A DNA stretch of 12,904 bases from Bdellovibrionota bacterium (GCA_044356295.1 JBIKWN010000066.1:1-12904), one strand, 5' to 3'; numbered from the stretch's first letter, positions 1 to 8,402 are shown. Numbers and translations are program-made. Notes: generated from the letters alone by a model not told the origin.

Positions 1-2
1 AT

Positions 3-1358
3 AAGAGCAATAGCTAACACAGGCCCTGTAACTTCTTGCATCGCTTTATTTGTGGCATCCCTTGGTGATAATCCATGCTCGATATGATGTATGACTGCCT
101 CTACTACAACGATTGCATCATCAACTACTATTCCTATCGCTAACACTAACCCCAATAATGAAAGTGTGTTAATTCCAAATCCAAGCAAAGGAAAAACAGC
201 AAAAGTAGCAATCAAAGCAATTGGCACTGTCAAAATAGGAATCAGTGTTGCTCGCCAATTTTGAAGAAAAATAAATACAACCAATAAAACAAGAATAATT
301 GCTTCAAAAAGCGTATGAAGAATTTCATCGACACCTGCAGTTACAGCTTTAGTTGTATCAAGCGAAATCGAATAATCAATATCTTCAGGGAAAGCTTTTT
401 TTAAACTTTCCATGGTGGATCTAATTTGATTAGCTACCTCTAAGGCATTTGACCCAGGAGTCTGATAGATTGAAATGATTGCAGATGGCTTTCCATTAAT
501 TCGGCCAATTGCATTGTAGTTTTGCGCCCCAAGCTCTACTCGCCCTACATCTTTGACTCTGACAATGGATCCATCACTATTAGCTTTAACAATTACGTTC
601 TGAAAATCTTCCGCAGTCTGTAATCTGCCTTTAAGTCGCAATGGATAAGTAAACTCTGTACCAGCAGGTGCAGGCTCGGCCCCAACTTTACCACCAGGAG
701 CAATTATATTCTGCGACTGAATAGCTTTTGTAATATCAGAAACCGTAAGCTGCAAAGTCGCAAGCTGTGCCGGATTAACCCAAATTCGCATTGCATAATC
801 ACTACCGCCAAATAAATTTACCTGCCCAATTCCATTTATCCTAGATAACTGATCGTTGATATTAATTGCAGCATAGTTACTTAAAAAATTTCCATCAAAA
901 GTCCCCTTTGGAGAACTAACTGCCACAAGCATTAACGGGAATGATAGTGATTTTTTTACTGTTACACCTAAACGCTTAACCTCTTCAGGCAACGAAGCTT
1001 GACCTTCTGACACTCGGTTTTGCACAAGTACGTTGGACATATCTAGATCTGATCCAACTTCAAAGGAAGCTTTAATCGAACTGCTACCATCATTTGAATT
1101 AGTAGATCGAATATAGATTGATTTCTCTACACCATTAATTTTTTGTTCAAGAGGAGCCGTAACCGAAGATTCAACTGACACCGCATCAGCACCATTATAA
1201 GTGGCACTAACTTGAATTTCGGGTGGAACAACATCGGGATACATTGCGATTGGAAGCTTTGTCAAAGACACCGCTCCAAAAATAACCAAAACAATCGAAA
1301 TTACGATTGCAACTATTGGTCGCTTCACAAAGAAGTTTTCTTTTATTTCCTGATTCAT
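3..1358 (-). CDS. RND efflux permease (AcrB/HAE1 family), N-terminal ~452 aa, runs off the left edge
   Basis: Not in the ORF track. Manual translation from the ATG at 1358 gives MNQEIKENFFVKRPIVAIVISIVLVIFGAVSLTKLPIAMYPDVVPPEIQVSATYNGADAVSVESSVTAPLEQKINGVE..., and later DYAMRIWVNP and LAIGIVVDDAIVVVE, which are AcrB-family signatures. Starts 8 nt after the adaptor stop codon. Confidence 0.95.
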   Translation of the reverse strand, partial: MNQEIKENFFVKRPIVAIVISIVLVIFGAVSLTKLPIAMYPDVVPPEIQVSATYNGADAVSVESSVTAPLEQKINGVEKSIYIRSTNSNDGSSSIKASFEVGSDLDMSNVLVQNRVSEGQASLPEEVKRLGVTVKKSLSFPLMLVAVSSPKGTFDGNFLSNYAAININDQLSRINGIGQVNLFGGSDYAMRIWVNPAQLATLQLTVSDITKAIQSQNIIAPGGKVGAEPAPAGTEFTYPLRLKGRLQTAEDFQNVIVKANSDGSIVRVKDVGRVELGAQNYNAIGRINGKPSAIISIYQTPGSNALEVANQIRSTMESLKKAFPEDIDYSISLDTTKAVTAGVDEILHTLFEAIILVLLVVFIFLQNWRATLIPILTVPIALIATFAVFPLLGFGINTLSLLGLVLAIGIVVDDAIVVVEAVIHHIEHGLSPRDATNKAMQEVTGPVLAIAL

Positions 1359-1366
1359 CTTGGGCC

Positions 1367-2479
1367 TTATTGAATTTTAGCTTGAACTTTCATTCCGCTT
1401 TTAAGTCGTAGCTGCATTTGCGGAACAATTAAGTCTCCGGCAGAAAGCCCCTCTAGGACCTCGACTAAATCACCAACTTCTTTTCCGGTTTTTATATTCT
1501 TAACTTCAGCTATATTATCAGCGTTTACGACAACAACTTGCTTAATTCCTTGGATATCACGCATAGCTTGTTTTGGAACTGCAATAATATCGTGCAACGT
1601 TTCTCCGACTGCTCTGATTTTTGCAAATTGTCCTGGACGAATTAGCTTATCGGGGTTTGGAAAACTTGCTTCGATTGTTAAAGTTCCAGTTGTAGGATCA
1701 ACCTGCGAATCAACAGATGCTAACGTACCTTTGTGTGTATGAATTGAATCATCGCTCAGTACCAAAGTTAACTCTGTGGGGGTAGCGTTACCTTCATTTT
1801 CAGTTTGCTTTTTCTTTAAACGAGCAAAGTATAAATATTCTCGCTCTGTAATGCTGAATCGAACATTTATAGGATCTAGCTGCGAGATAGTAGTAAGAAT
1901 GGAAGAATTTGGTTTTCCAACAAGTTCACCAACTTTTGCTTTTGTTAATCCGATCAGTCCTGATACCGGAGCTGATATTTTTGTATATCCCAAAGAAATT
2001 GACGCCGAATCATAAACTGCTTTTGCCGCATCGACCGAACCTTTAGCGACTCCTTGTTGCGCAACTGCACCATCAAGATCACGCTGACTAACAGCTTTAA
2101 TCGCTGCAAGTGGTCTGATTCTTTCTAAATCTGAATTTGCTTTCACTAAGCGGGTTTCCGCTTCTGTAAGCTTCGCTTTTGCCTCGGCAAGCTTGGCTTC
2201 AAACGGCGCAGAATCGATTGTATATAACAGGTCTCCTTCTTTTACTTCTTTTCCTTCTTTGAAGTGAATTCCTACCAATACTCCCTCAACGCGCGCTCTG
2301 ACTTCGGCATCAACTGCCCCTTTGGTTTGGCCTACAAATTCAGCCGGTATAGAAATATCTTGTTTTTGTAATTTTAGGACTGCAATTTCAGGAACAATAG
2401 CAGTTTGGGCCACTTCCTCCTTGCTACATCCAAAAGTAAACAAAAAGACACTCAGTAAAAGGGCACGCAAAATCAGCAT
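1367..2479 (-). CDS. RND efflux periplasmic adaptor / membrane fusion protein (AcrA-like), probable lipoprotein
   Basis: Signal peptide with lipobox-like FGC; EVRARVEG, FKEGKEVKEGDLLYTID, TKISAPVSG, VDPTTGT and FPNPDKLIRPGQF motifs; directly upstream of the RND permease. Confidence 0.95.
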   Translation of the reverse strand: MLILRALLLSVFLFTFGCSKEEVAQTAIVPEIAVLKLQKQDISIPAEFVGQTKGAVDAEVRARVEGVLVGIHFKEGKEVKEGDLLYTIDSAPFEAKLAEAKAKLTEAETRLVKANSDLERIRPLAAIKAVSQRDLDGAVAQQGVAKGSVDAAKAVYDSASISLGYTKISAPVSGLIGLTKAKVGELVGKPNSSILTTISQLDPINVRFSITEREYLYFARLKKKQTENEGNATPTELTLVLSDDSIHTHKGTLASVDSQVDPTTGTLTIEASFPNPDKLIRPGQFAKIRAVGETLHDIIAVPKQAMRDIQGIKQVVVVNADNIAEVKNIKTGKEVGDLVEVLEGLSAGDLIVPQMQLRLKSGMKVQAKIQ

Positions 2480-2583
2480 AGCTTATTATCCCAAATCGTT
2501 TAACTACTCATAATGCGCGACAGAATCACACATATTAGCTTAGGAATAAATAGAGACTATGCCCAATACCACTTAAACAATAA

Positions 2584-2611
2584 ACAAGAAAAAAATTGGT
2601 ACAAAGTAACT
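2584..2611. repeat. Left inverted repeat (ACAAGAAAAAAATTGGTACAAAGTAACT)
   Basis: Imperfect reverse complement of 3848-3874; core also matches 3894-3908. Ends 43 nt upstream of the transposase ATG. Confidence 0.7.
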
Positions 2612-2654
2612 ATTTTGGCAACTTCCAAAGCTGGTACGACGAACAGTCAGTACA

Positions 2655-3620
2655 ATGCCAAGAACCCGAAGACACATTCAACCTGGAAGACCCTACGAGT
2701 TAATCCTAAGAGTTAAAGAAGGCTTACCGTTTCGTCCTAGCCCACTTATAAACACTCTCTTAAACGGGATTATTGCAAGAGCGCAAAGGGATAATAAGGT
2801 AACACTTTGCCATTACCTGTGGATGAGCAATCATATTCACATAATTCTAATCGCCAAATGCCCTTTAGCCACAGTTCATTTTTATCAAGAAATCCAAAAA
2901 AAAGTTACTGATACTTTCAAGCGTCTTTTAGGCAAAAGGCGACTTTCACTTTGGGAAGGTGACGCAGTCCTTGCTCAAATTCTAGACATTGATAAGGCAC
3001 TCGATAGAGTTGCGTATCTATATGCCAATCCGGCTCGCGCTAATCTTGTAGAATCAATCGATGATTATCCAGGCGCTTCAAGTTGGAATCAATTTTTATC
3101 AGAGAAAAAAGAGAGCCCGTCTATCCCTTGGATTCAACTTCCATCGATTAAAAAGCTTCCTTCTTTGTATCTAAACCAAAAAGACGAAGTAAAAATCTTA
3201 AAGAAGCTGTCATCGGAAAGTGTGACCTTACATAAGATTACTCTTGAACCAAATGCTTTGATTGCAGCATTTGGACATCAAGGTGACTGTAAGCAAATTA
3301 TAATTCAGAAAATTAGAGAAAAAGAAAAGCTTGCAAATCAAGCCAGGCACAGTGAGAAGAAATTAATACCGTCTAAAGAATTGCTACTGAATCAACAAAT
3401 TAACCGCGCACACTCTCCAAAGAAGCGTCTTGGAGAGAGAAGAATCTTTGTGCTTTCCTCTATAAAATCTCTACGGGTTAACTATATCTACTCGTTAAAA
3501 GAATTTTGTAGGAGATGCACTGAATGTTATAAAAAATCGATGCTAGGAATTGGGACAGTACGCTGGCCGATTGACGCCTTTAGACCTTTTCTTCCTCCGA
3601 TGTTGGTTGTAAATCATTAA
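2655..3620 (+). CDS. REP-associated tyrosine transposase-like (RAYT / IS200-like Y1 HUH endonuclease), 321 aa
   Basis: MPRxxR start, HUH motif in MSNHIHI, LWEG, catalytic-Tyr helix YLYANPARANLV and YPGASSW, all typical of RAYT/Y1_Tnp. Long C-terminal extension beyond the Y1 core. Confidence 0.88.
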   Translation: MPRTRRHIQPGRPYELILRVKEGLPFRPSPLINTLLNGIIARAQRDNKVTLCHYLWMSNHIHIILIAKCPLATVHFYQEIQKKVTDTFKRLLGKRRLSLWEGDAVLAQILDIDKALDRVAYLYANPARANLVESIDDYPGASSWNQFLSEKKESPSIPWIQLPSIKKLPSLYLNQKDEVKILKKLSSESVTLHKITLEPNALIAAFGHQGDCKQIIIQKIREKEKLANQARHSEKKLIPSKELLLNQQINRAHSPKKRLGERRIFVLSSIKSLRVNYIYSLKEFCRRCTECYKKSMLGIGTVRWPIDAFRPFLPPMLVVNH

Positions 3621-3847
3621 TTTATGATTCTATTACAATTCATAGTGGTCTATGAGCAAGTAGGGATTGAAAGCCTTTGGCTTCATGCGTGCTAAAGTTG
3701 AAAAAACGTATCTTAGTATAGGAAAATTCGGACTAGCGATTTAGATTCAGACTACTAAATTTAAAAAATTGTGATTTATACTTGTAAATCCTTTGTAGGC
3801 TGTGTGGGTTTTTACTTGGTTGATTGGTGAGTTTTATTAACAATCTG

Positions 3848-3920
3848 AGTTACCTTGTACGAGTTTTTTTTTGTACCAGTAAGTATTCTTCCAAGTTACC
3901 TTGTACCAGTAAGTATTCTT
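3848..3920. repeat. Right repeat cluster: AGTTACCTTGTAC x2 and TTGTACCAGTAAGTATTCTT x2
   Basis: AGTTACCTTGTAC at 3848-3860 and 3894-3906; exact 20-bp direct repeat at 3871-3890 and 3901-3920 (30-bp period). Confidence 0.9.
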
Positions 3921-3976
3921 GACGTTTTTCTCGGTCTTTAGCAGTTAATCCTGAGTGATAACTTTCTGCTTTAATA
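3917..3976 (-). repeat. Non-coding near-copy of an internal recQ segment (direct repeat of 9663-9722)
   Basis: Ungapped alignment at offset 5746 with 56/60 identity. Minus-strand translation is [19 protein letters not shown] versus Rec[20 protein letters not shown]. No start codon between it and the upstream in-frame stop at 4006-4008. Confidence 0.95.
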
Positions 3977-3988
3977 GGTGGTTCGACT

Positions 3989-4858
3989 TTAACAAAAAAG
4001 ATTTTTTAAATCTTCATCTGGTTCGTGAATGCTACAAGATCCAATTGTAAATGGTATCTGATTCATTGCATTGATTAGTTGATCCCGTGAGATTTTAATA
4101 TTATTCCAAATAATTTCGTTATCATTAAATTTAAAATTTTGTGGATTTGTTTCGGTTAAAATTTCATTGATAGTTGAAAGATCTATTCTTAAAATTTGAG
4201 AAAATCTTAACGCAGCAACTAAATTTAAAAATCCTAAGTTATTGTTATATTTTTCTAAAATTATTGGATGATGTAGGCCTCCTGTTGCTTTTAGTGGGGT
4301 CATCGAGATAGTAATTATTTCTAGGATTACAGCTATTTTTTCATTTGTGATAGCGGTAGGGCCAGTGCCTCTAATTTTTAAACTAAATTTTTTATCATGA
4401 CTTTGAATTTGTTTTAGAAACAAGGAAAGTGTTTCTTGCCAGTTGTGAGTTGATAGATCTGGCTCTAATGCGACACAAAAGGGAAGGTTGTTAAGTATTT
4501 GGATATAGTTATCGAATAAAGATTTAGAATTAATTACTAAGTCTGAAATTTTCATTTCAAGGCTTTTAATATTATAGCCTTGGTTTAAAAGTGTATTTAA
4601 CTTTTCGATCTGATTTTTGAATAATATTTGATTATCAGTTAGTTCGTTTGAAAGGAGAGCAATACTTAAACTTAGATCTTTAATTTCATCAACTTGATCG
4701 ATTCCTATAACGATATCAGATGCTAGTAAATTTTTTCTTATTAAAGTATTTGTAAAATCTTTTGTTGTAGCAATAGCGTCTTGAATCGATTTTGATTCAG
4801 GCGGGAATATCCCACTATAGTCAAAAAGTTTGTTTGTTATTAAATCTAAAGTAGTCAT
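3989..4858 (-). CDS. Conserved hypothetical protein of homogentisate-pathway gene clusters
   Basis: 289-aa ORF, 1 nt downstream of the FAA hydrolase gene. Motifs FDYSGIFPP, LKIRGTG, KATGGLHHP, GFLNL and GSCSIHEP resemble an uncharacterised family I recall (DYAGLFPP...KATAGLHHP...GSCS..EP). Confidence 0.75.
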   Translation of the reverse strand: MTTLDLITNKLFDYSGIFPPESKSIQDAIATTKDFTNTLIRKNLLASDIVIGIDQVDEIKDLSLSIALLSNELTDNQILFKNQIEKLNTLLNQGYNIKSLEMKISDLVINSKSLFDNYIQILNNLPFCVALEPDLSTHNWQETLSLFLKQIQSHDKKFSLKIRGTGPTAITNEKIAVILEIITISMTPLKATGGLHHPIILEKYNNNLGFLNLVAALRFSQILRIDLSTINEILTETNPQNFKFNDNEIIWNNIKISRDQLINAMNQIPFTIGSCSIHEPDEDLKNLFC

Positions 4859-4859
4859 T

Positions 4860-5852
4860 TTATGCTACGATTTGATTAATCTGTCCAAATATACTTTTTC
4901 CATTTAATTTCATATCAAATTTAATTTTATCGCCTTTTTTCATAAAAGGAGTTGATGCTGTGCCTGTATTTATTATTTCCAGCATACGTTTTTCGGCAAG
5001 ACAACTTGATCCAACACTTTCATCTTTATTGGAAACTGTACCGCTACCAATTATTGTTCCTGCTGTTAAGGCGCGAGTCTTTGCGGCGTGAGAGATAAGC
5101 TTTGCAAAAGAGAAATGCATCTCTGAAGCATTAGGATGTCCAAAAGGCTCCTCGTTTAGCCATGATTCTAAGGGTAAGTGAACTTTGCAATCATTCCATG
5201 CTGCTCCTAGTTCATCTGGAGTAACTGCAAATGGGGCAAAAGATGAACTTGGTTTTCCATGAAAAAATCCAAAACCGGTTGCAAGTTCTTTGGGGATTAG
5301 GTTTCTAAGTGAAACATCATTCATTAGCATTATAAGCTTTATGTGATTTTTGGCCTTATCTTCACTTACTCCCATTGGAACATCGTCAACAACCACAGCG
5401 ACTTCGCCTTCAAAATCCATGCCCCATAATTCATCTTTTAATATTATTGGATCGAATGGACCTATTAATGTATCGCTGATGCCTTGATACATTAATGGTA
5501 CTGTCAGTAAGTCTTCAGGAGGCTCGGCACCTCTGGCTTTTCGCACTAATATTACATGTTGTATAAATGCACTTCCATCTAACCATGCATAGGTTCTTGG
5601 AAGAGGTGCCTTAAATTTTGCACTTTCTATATTAAATGTTTCTAATTCAGAAGAGTTGCTATTTAGTAGCGTTTGTTTAATCTTCAACTCTTCAGATGCG
5701 CTACCCCAAGATTCAATTGCGCTTAATAGGGTTTTGAATTTATCAGATGCATAGCAGAACTTTTTTCTACAATCTGAAACTAAAATTAGTCTTCCATCAA
5801 TTTTTTCTGAATGATTAGTAGGATTTTGTACTTCAATTGTAGCTAATCGCAT
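4860..5852 (-). CDS. Fumarylacetoacetate hydrolase family protein
   Basis: APLPRTYAWLDGSAF, PLMYQG, DFEGEVAV, NDVSLRNLIPKEL and GTIIGSGTVSN motifs; context with hmgA and hppD. Confidence 0.92.
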   Translation of the reverse strand: MRLATIEVQNPTNHSEKIDGRLILVSDCRKKFCYASDKFKTLLSAIESWGSASEELKIKQTLLNSNSSELETFNIESAKFKAPLPRTYAWLDGSAFIQHVILVRKARGAEPPEDLLTVPLMYQGISDTLIGPFDPIILKDELWGMDFEGEVAVVVDDVPMGVSEDKAKNHIKLIMLMNDVSLRNLIPKELATGFGFFHGKPSSSFAPFAVTPDELGAAWNDCKVHLPLESWLNEEPFGHPNASEMHFSFAKLISHAAKTRALTAGTIIGSGTVSNKDESVGSSCLAEKRMLEIINTGTASTPFMKKGDKIKFDMKLNGKSIFGQINQIVA

Positions 5853-5854
5853 AT

Positions 5855-7027
5855 TTATAGATTTCCTCGTTTTGCTTGTTCTCTTTCAATTGCTTGAAAA
5901 AGTGCCTTAAAGTTTCCAACTCCAAATCCTCGAGAGCCTTCTCGTTGAATTATTTCAAAAAATAAAGTAGGTCTATCATGTACAGGTTTGGTGAAGAGTT
6001 GAAGAAGATAACCATCATCATCACGATCTACTAAAACGCCAAGTGCAGCAATTTTTGTCATGTCTTCTTTTATAGATCCTACTCGATTAGGAATTTCGTC
6101 ATAGTATGTTTTGGGAACAGATAAAAATTGAACTCCTCTTTCTTTTAGTGCAGAGACTGTTTTAATTATATCCTTACAACCGCATGCTATATGTTGAACA
6201 CCAGCACCGTTGTGGAATTCTAGATATTCTTCAATTTGAGATTTTCTTTTGCCTTGAGCAGGTTCGTTAATAGGAAACTTAATTTTGCCGTTACCGTTGT
6301 GCATAACTTTGGACATTAACGCGCTGTATTCTGTCGATATATCATCATCAGTAAAATGCAGTAATTGAGAAAATCCAAGAGTTTGTTCGTAAAAACTCAC
6401 CCATTTATTCATTGCCCCTAGTTCTACATTTCCAACAACGTGATCTATTACAATTAAACCTACATCAGGTCCATTATCAGTCCAGTCTGCGATTTCAGAA
6501 TAAGGAACAAAGCCAGGCCAAAATGTACCTTTGTATTCTTTTCTTTCAATTAATGAATGAACAACATCACCATATGTTTTTATCGTTGCTTTTTTTACCT
6601 GTCCATTTTCATCTTCAAATAAAGTAGGAGCCATTACACTTGTGGCTCCATTTTTTAATGCTTGGTAGTAAAAACTTTCACAATCTGGAACACGTAGAGC
6701 TAAATCTTTTGCAGAGGTGCCATGTAGATGAACAAATGAAGCAATAGGAGATGTAATTTTAAGTGCTGAAGTAATGATTAGAGTTATATTTTGTTGTTTT
6801 AGACAATAACTTGCGGATTCTGGATATTTTGTTTCAGGGCCTTTATAGGCAAAAGGTGTAAACCCAAATGCTTTACAGAAAAAGAAGGCGGTTTGTTTTG
6901 CATTTTCACAAAAGATCTCAACGTAATCGATTGCTTCAATTGCTAGCGGATCATATTGGGTATTTGAGCTGTAGTTACTAAAGATTATTGGTTTTCCAAA
7001 ATGAACACTACTATCTTTAATTGGCAT
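5855..7027 (-). CDS. hppD: 4-hydroxyphenylpyruvate dioxygenase
   Basis: IDHVVGNV, YSALMSKV, KFPINEPAQGKRKSQIEEYL, GVQHIA, RPTLFFEIIQR and GFGVGNFKALF motifs. The ATG at 7027 avoids overlap with hmgA; 7051 is an alternative start. Confidence 0.96.
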   Translation of the reverse strand: MPIKDSSVHFGKPIIFSNYSSNTQYDPLAIEAIDYVEIFCENAKQTAFFFCKAFGFTPFAYKGPETKYPESASYCLKQQNITLIITSALKITSPIASFVHLHGTSAKDLALRVPDCESFYYQALKNGATSVMAPTLFEDENGQVKKATIKTYGDVVHSLIERKEYKGTFWPGFVPYSEIADWTDNGPDVGLIVIDHVVGNVELGAMNKWVSFYEQTLGFSQLLHFTDDDISTEYSALMSKVMHNGNGKIKFPINEPAQGKRKSQIEEYLEFHNGAGVQHIACGCKDIIKTVSALKERGVQFLSVPKTYYDEIPNRVGSIKEDMTKIAALGVLVDRDDDGYLLQLFTKPVHDRPTLFFEIIQREGSRGFGVGNFKALFQAIEREQAKRGNL

Positions 7028-7041
7028 AGAATTCCTATAAT

Positions 7042-8190
7042 TTAAATCCAACTTTTAATGTATCCTTTGTCACAAAGTGCAAATCCTTGCTTTGTAATTT
7101 GCAAAGGATGATGAGTATCAATCATTACGGCGAGTTCTTCTGTTTTGGTTTTTCCTAAAGAGGCTTCGACTGTTCCTGGGTGAGGGCCATGAGGAATGCC
7201 TGCTGGATGATGTGTAAAGGATCCTGTATTGATACCTTTTCGACTCATAAAATCACCTTCTACGTAGTACAGAACTTCATCACTGTTTACGTTTGAGTGA
7301 TTATACGGAACAGAAACTGCCTGAGGGTGATAGTCGTACATTCTAGGAACAAAAGAGCATACGACAAATCCTTCGGCATTAAATGTTTGATGCGTTGGAG
7401 GTGGTAGGTGTATACGACCAGTAATGGGTTCGAAATCTTTTATATTAAAGATAAATGGATATAAATATCCATCCCATCCGACAACATCGAATGGATGATG
7501 ATCTAATATGAATTCATTAAGTTGATCCTGAGATTTAACTTTAACAGTGAATTCTCCTTTTTCGTCTTTAGGGGTTAATTGAGTAGGAACTCTGATGTCT
7601 CGCTCGCAAAAAGGGGAGTGCTCAAGAAGTTGACCATATTCATTTCGATATCTTTTTGGAAATTCAATTGGAGAGTTTGATTCTAAACATAGAAATTTAG
7701 TGGGCTCTTCAATTTCAACTTGATACAATGTTCCAACTGGTAAAATTATATAATCACCTTTAACAAAGGGCATATTCCCAAATTGAGTCTTCAGTGTTCC
7801 TTTTCCCCAATGACAAAAAAGCATTTCATCGCAATCGGCATGACGAAAAAAATAAGTCATATTTTCAGTTGGAGTTTGCAAGCCTATTCTTACTTGAGCA
7901 TTCCCAAGTAGCCAAACTTTTGAATTAATTGCATCACCGCTTGATGAAAATTGATCGGTTTTTAAATGTCTGTGTTCAAGGTTAATTCCCTGTACATATT
8001 CTAAAGGAAAAGATCCTATCAGTTTTGCACTTCGAACACTTGTTGGAGCATTGTTGTGATATAGAATTGATTGAATTCCAGAGAATCCTCTAACTCCCAT
8101 GACATGTTCATGATAAAGAGAGTTGTCTGGTTTTCTAAATTGAATATGTCGTTTGTGAGGTATGTTTCCTAATCGATGATAGAATGGCAT
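7042..8190 (-). CDS. hmgA: Homogentisate 1,2-dioxygenase
   Basis: GNIPHKRH, HHPFDVVGWDGY, GRIHLPPPTHQTF, PYNHSNVNSDEVLYY, HPAGIPHGPHP and ELAVMIDT motifs. Confidence 0.95.
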   Translation of the reverse strand: MPFYHRLGNIPHKRHIQFRKPDNSLYHEHVMGVRGFSGIQSILYHNNAPTSVRSAKLIGSFPLEYVQGINLEHRHLKTDQFSSSGDAINSKVWLLGNAQVRIGLQTPTENMTYFFRHADCDEMLFCHWGKGTLKTQFGNMPFVKGDYIILPVGTLYQVEIEEPTKFLCLESNSPIEFPKRYRNEYGQLLEHSPFCERDIRVPTQLTPKDEKGEFTVKVKSQDQLNEFILDHHPFDVVGWDGYLYPFIFNIKDFEPITGRIHLPPPTHQTFNAEGFVVCSFVPRMYDYHPQAVSVPYNHSNVNSDEVLYYVEGDFMSRKGINTGSFTHHPAGIPHGPHPGTVEASLGKTKTEELAVMIDTHHPLQITKQGFALCDKGYIKSWI

Positions 8191-8241
8191 ACAATAAGAA
8201 TAGTCGACCTAAGGCTTAACGAAAAGCTTTTTCTAGTAGTT

Positions 8242-8402
8242 TTATTTTGCATTTTTGCCCAACCAGCTTTGATTGCTTTGAATCTTGCAGTTGGAGTTGA
8301 TGTTCTTGTGGTAACACTTTTTTGATCTGGCACTTCTAGATCCCAGATGTCTGCGCCTCTAAAGGAGTGATAGGTCCAATTGAACTTGTAAGTATTAACG
8401 AG
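8242..8402 (-). pseudogene. Gene remnant resembling the C-terminus of a GH5-like glycoside hydrolase
   Basis: Minus-strand frame reads LVNTYKFNWTYHSFRGADIWDLEVPDQKSVTTRTSTPTARFKAIKAGWAK. The WTYHSFR..W motif recalls GH5 C-termini. No N-terminal part or start codon. Confidence 0.4.

Larger units (their letters stand above)
2584..3920 (+). mobile_element. Putative RAYT-type element: transposase bounded by imperfect inverted repeats
   Basis: Left copy TGGTACAAAGTAACT (2597-2611) is the reverse complement, 14/15, of AGTTACCTTGTACCA (3894-3908). A second inverted copy with the A/T tract is at 3848-3874. Boundaries are approximate. Confidence 0.6.

Noticed and set aside
2513..2716. 67-aa ORF upstream of and overlapping the transposase
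   Set aside because: Runs through the inverted repeat and overlaps the transposase out of frame; no recognisable motifs.
3663..3673. GGGATTGAAAG resembles the 3' end of many CRISPR repeats
   Set aside because: Single copy, no regularly spaced array and no cas genes in the window.
3871..3920. 20-bp direct repeats as a CRISPR array
   Set aside because: Only two copies 10 bp apart, and the intervening sequence is itself part of the repeat motif.
3917..3976. DGR template/variable repeat pair with recQ
   Set aside because: No reverse transcriptase in the window, mismatches are not adenine-specific on one strand, and the target is a conserved helicase core.
3980..3987. GGTTCGAC resembles a tRNA T-loop
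   Set aside because: No T-stem, cloverleaf or CCA end can be built around it.
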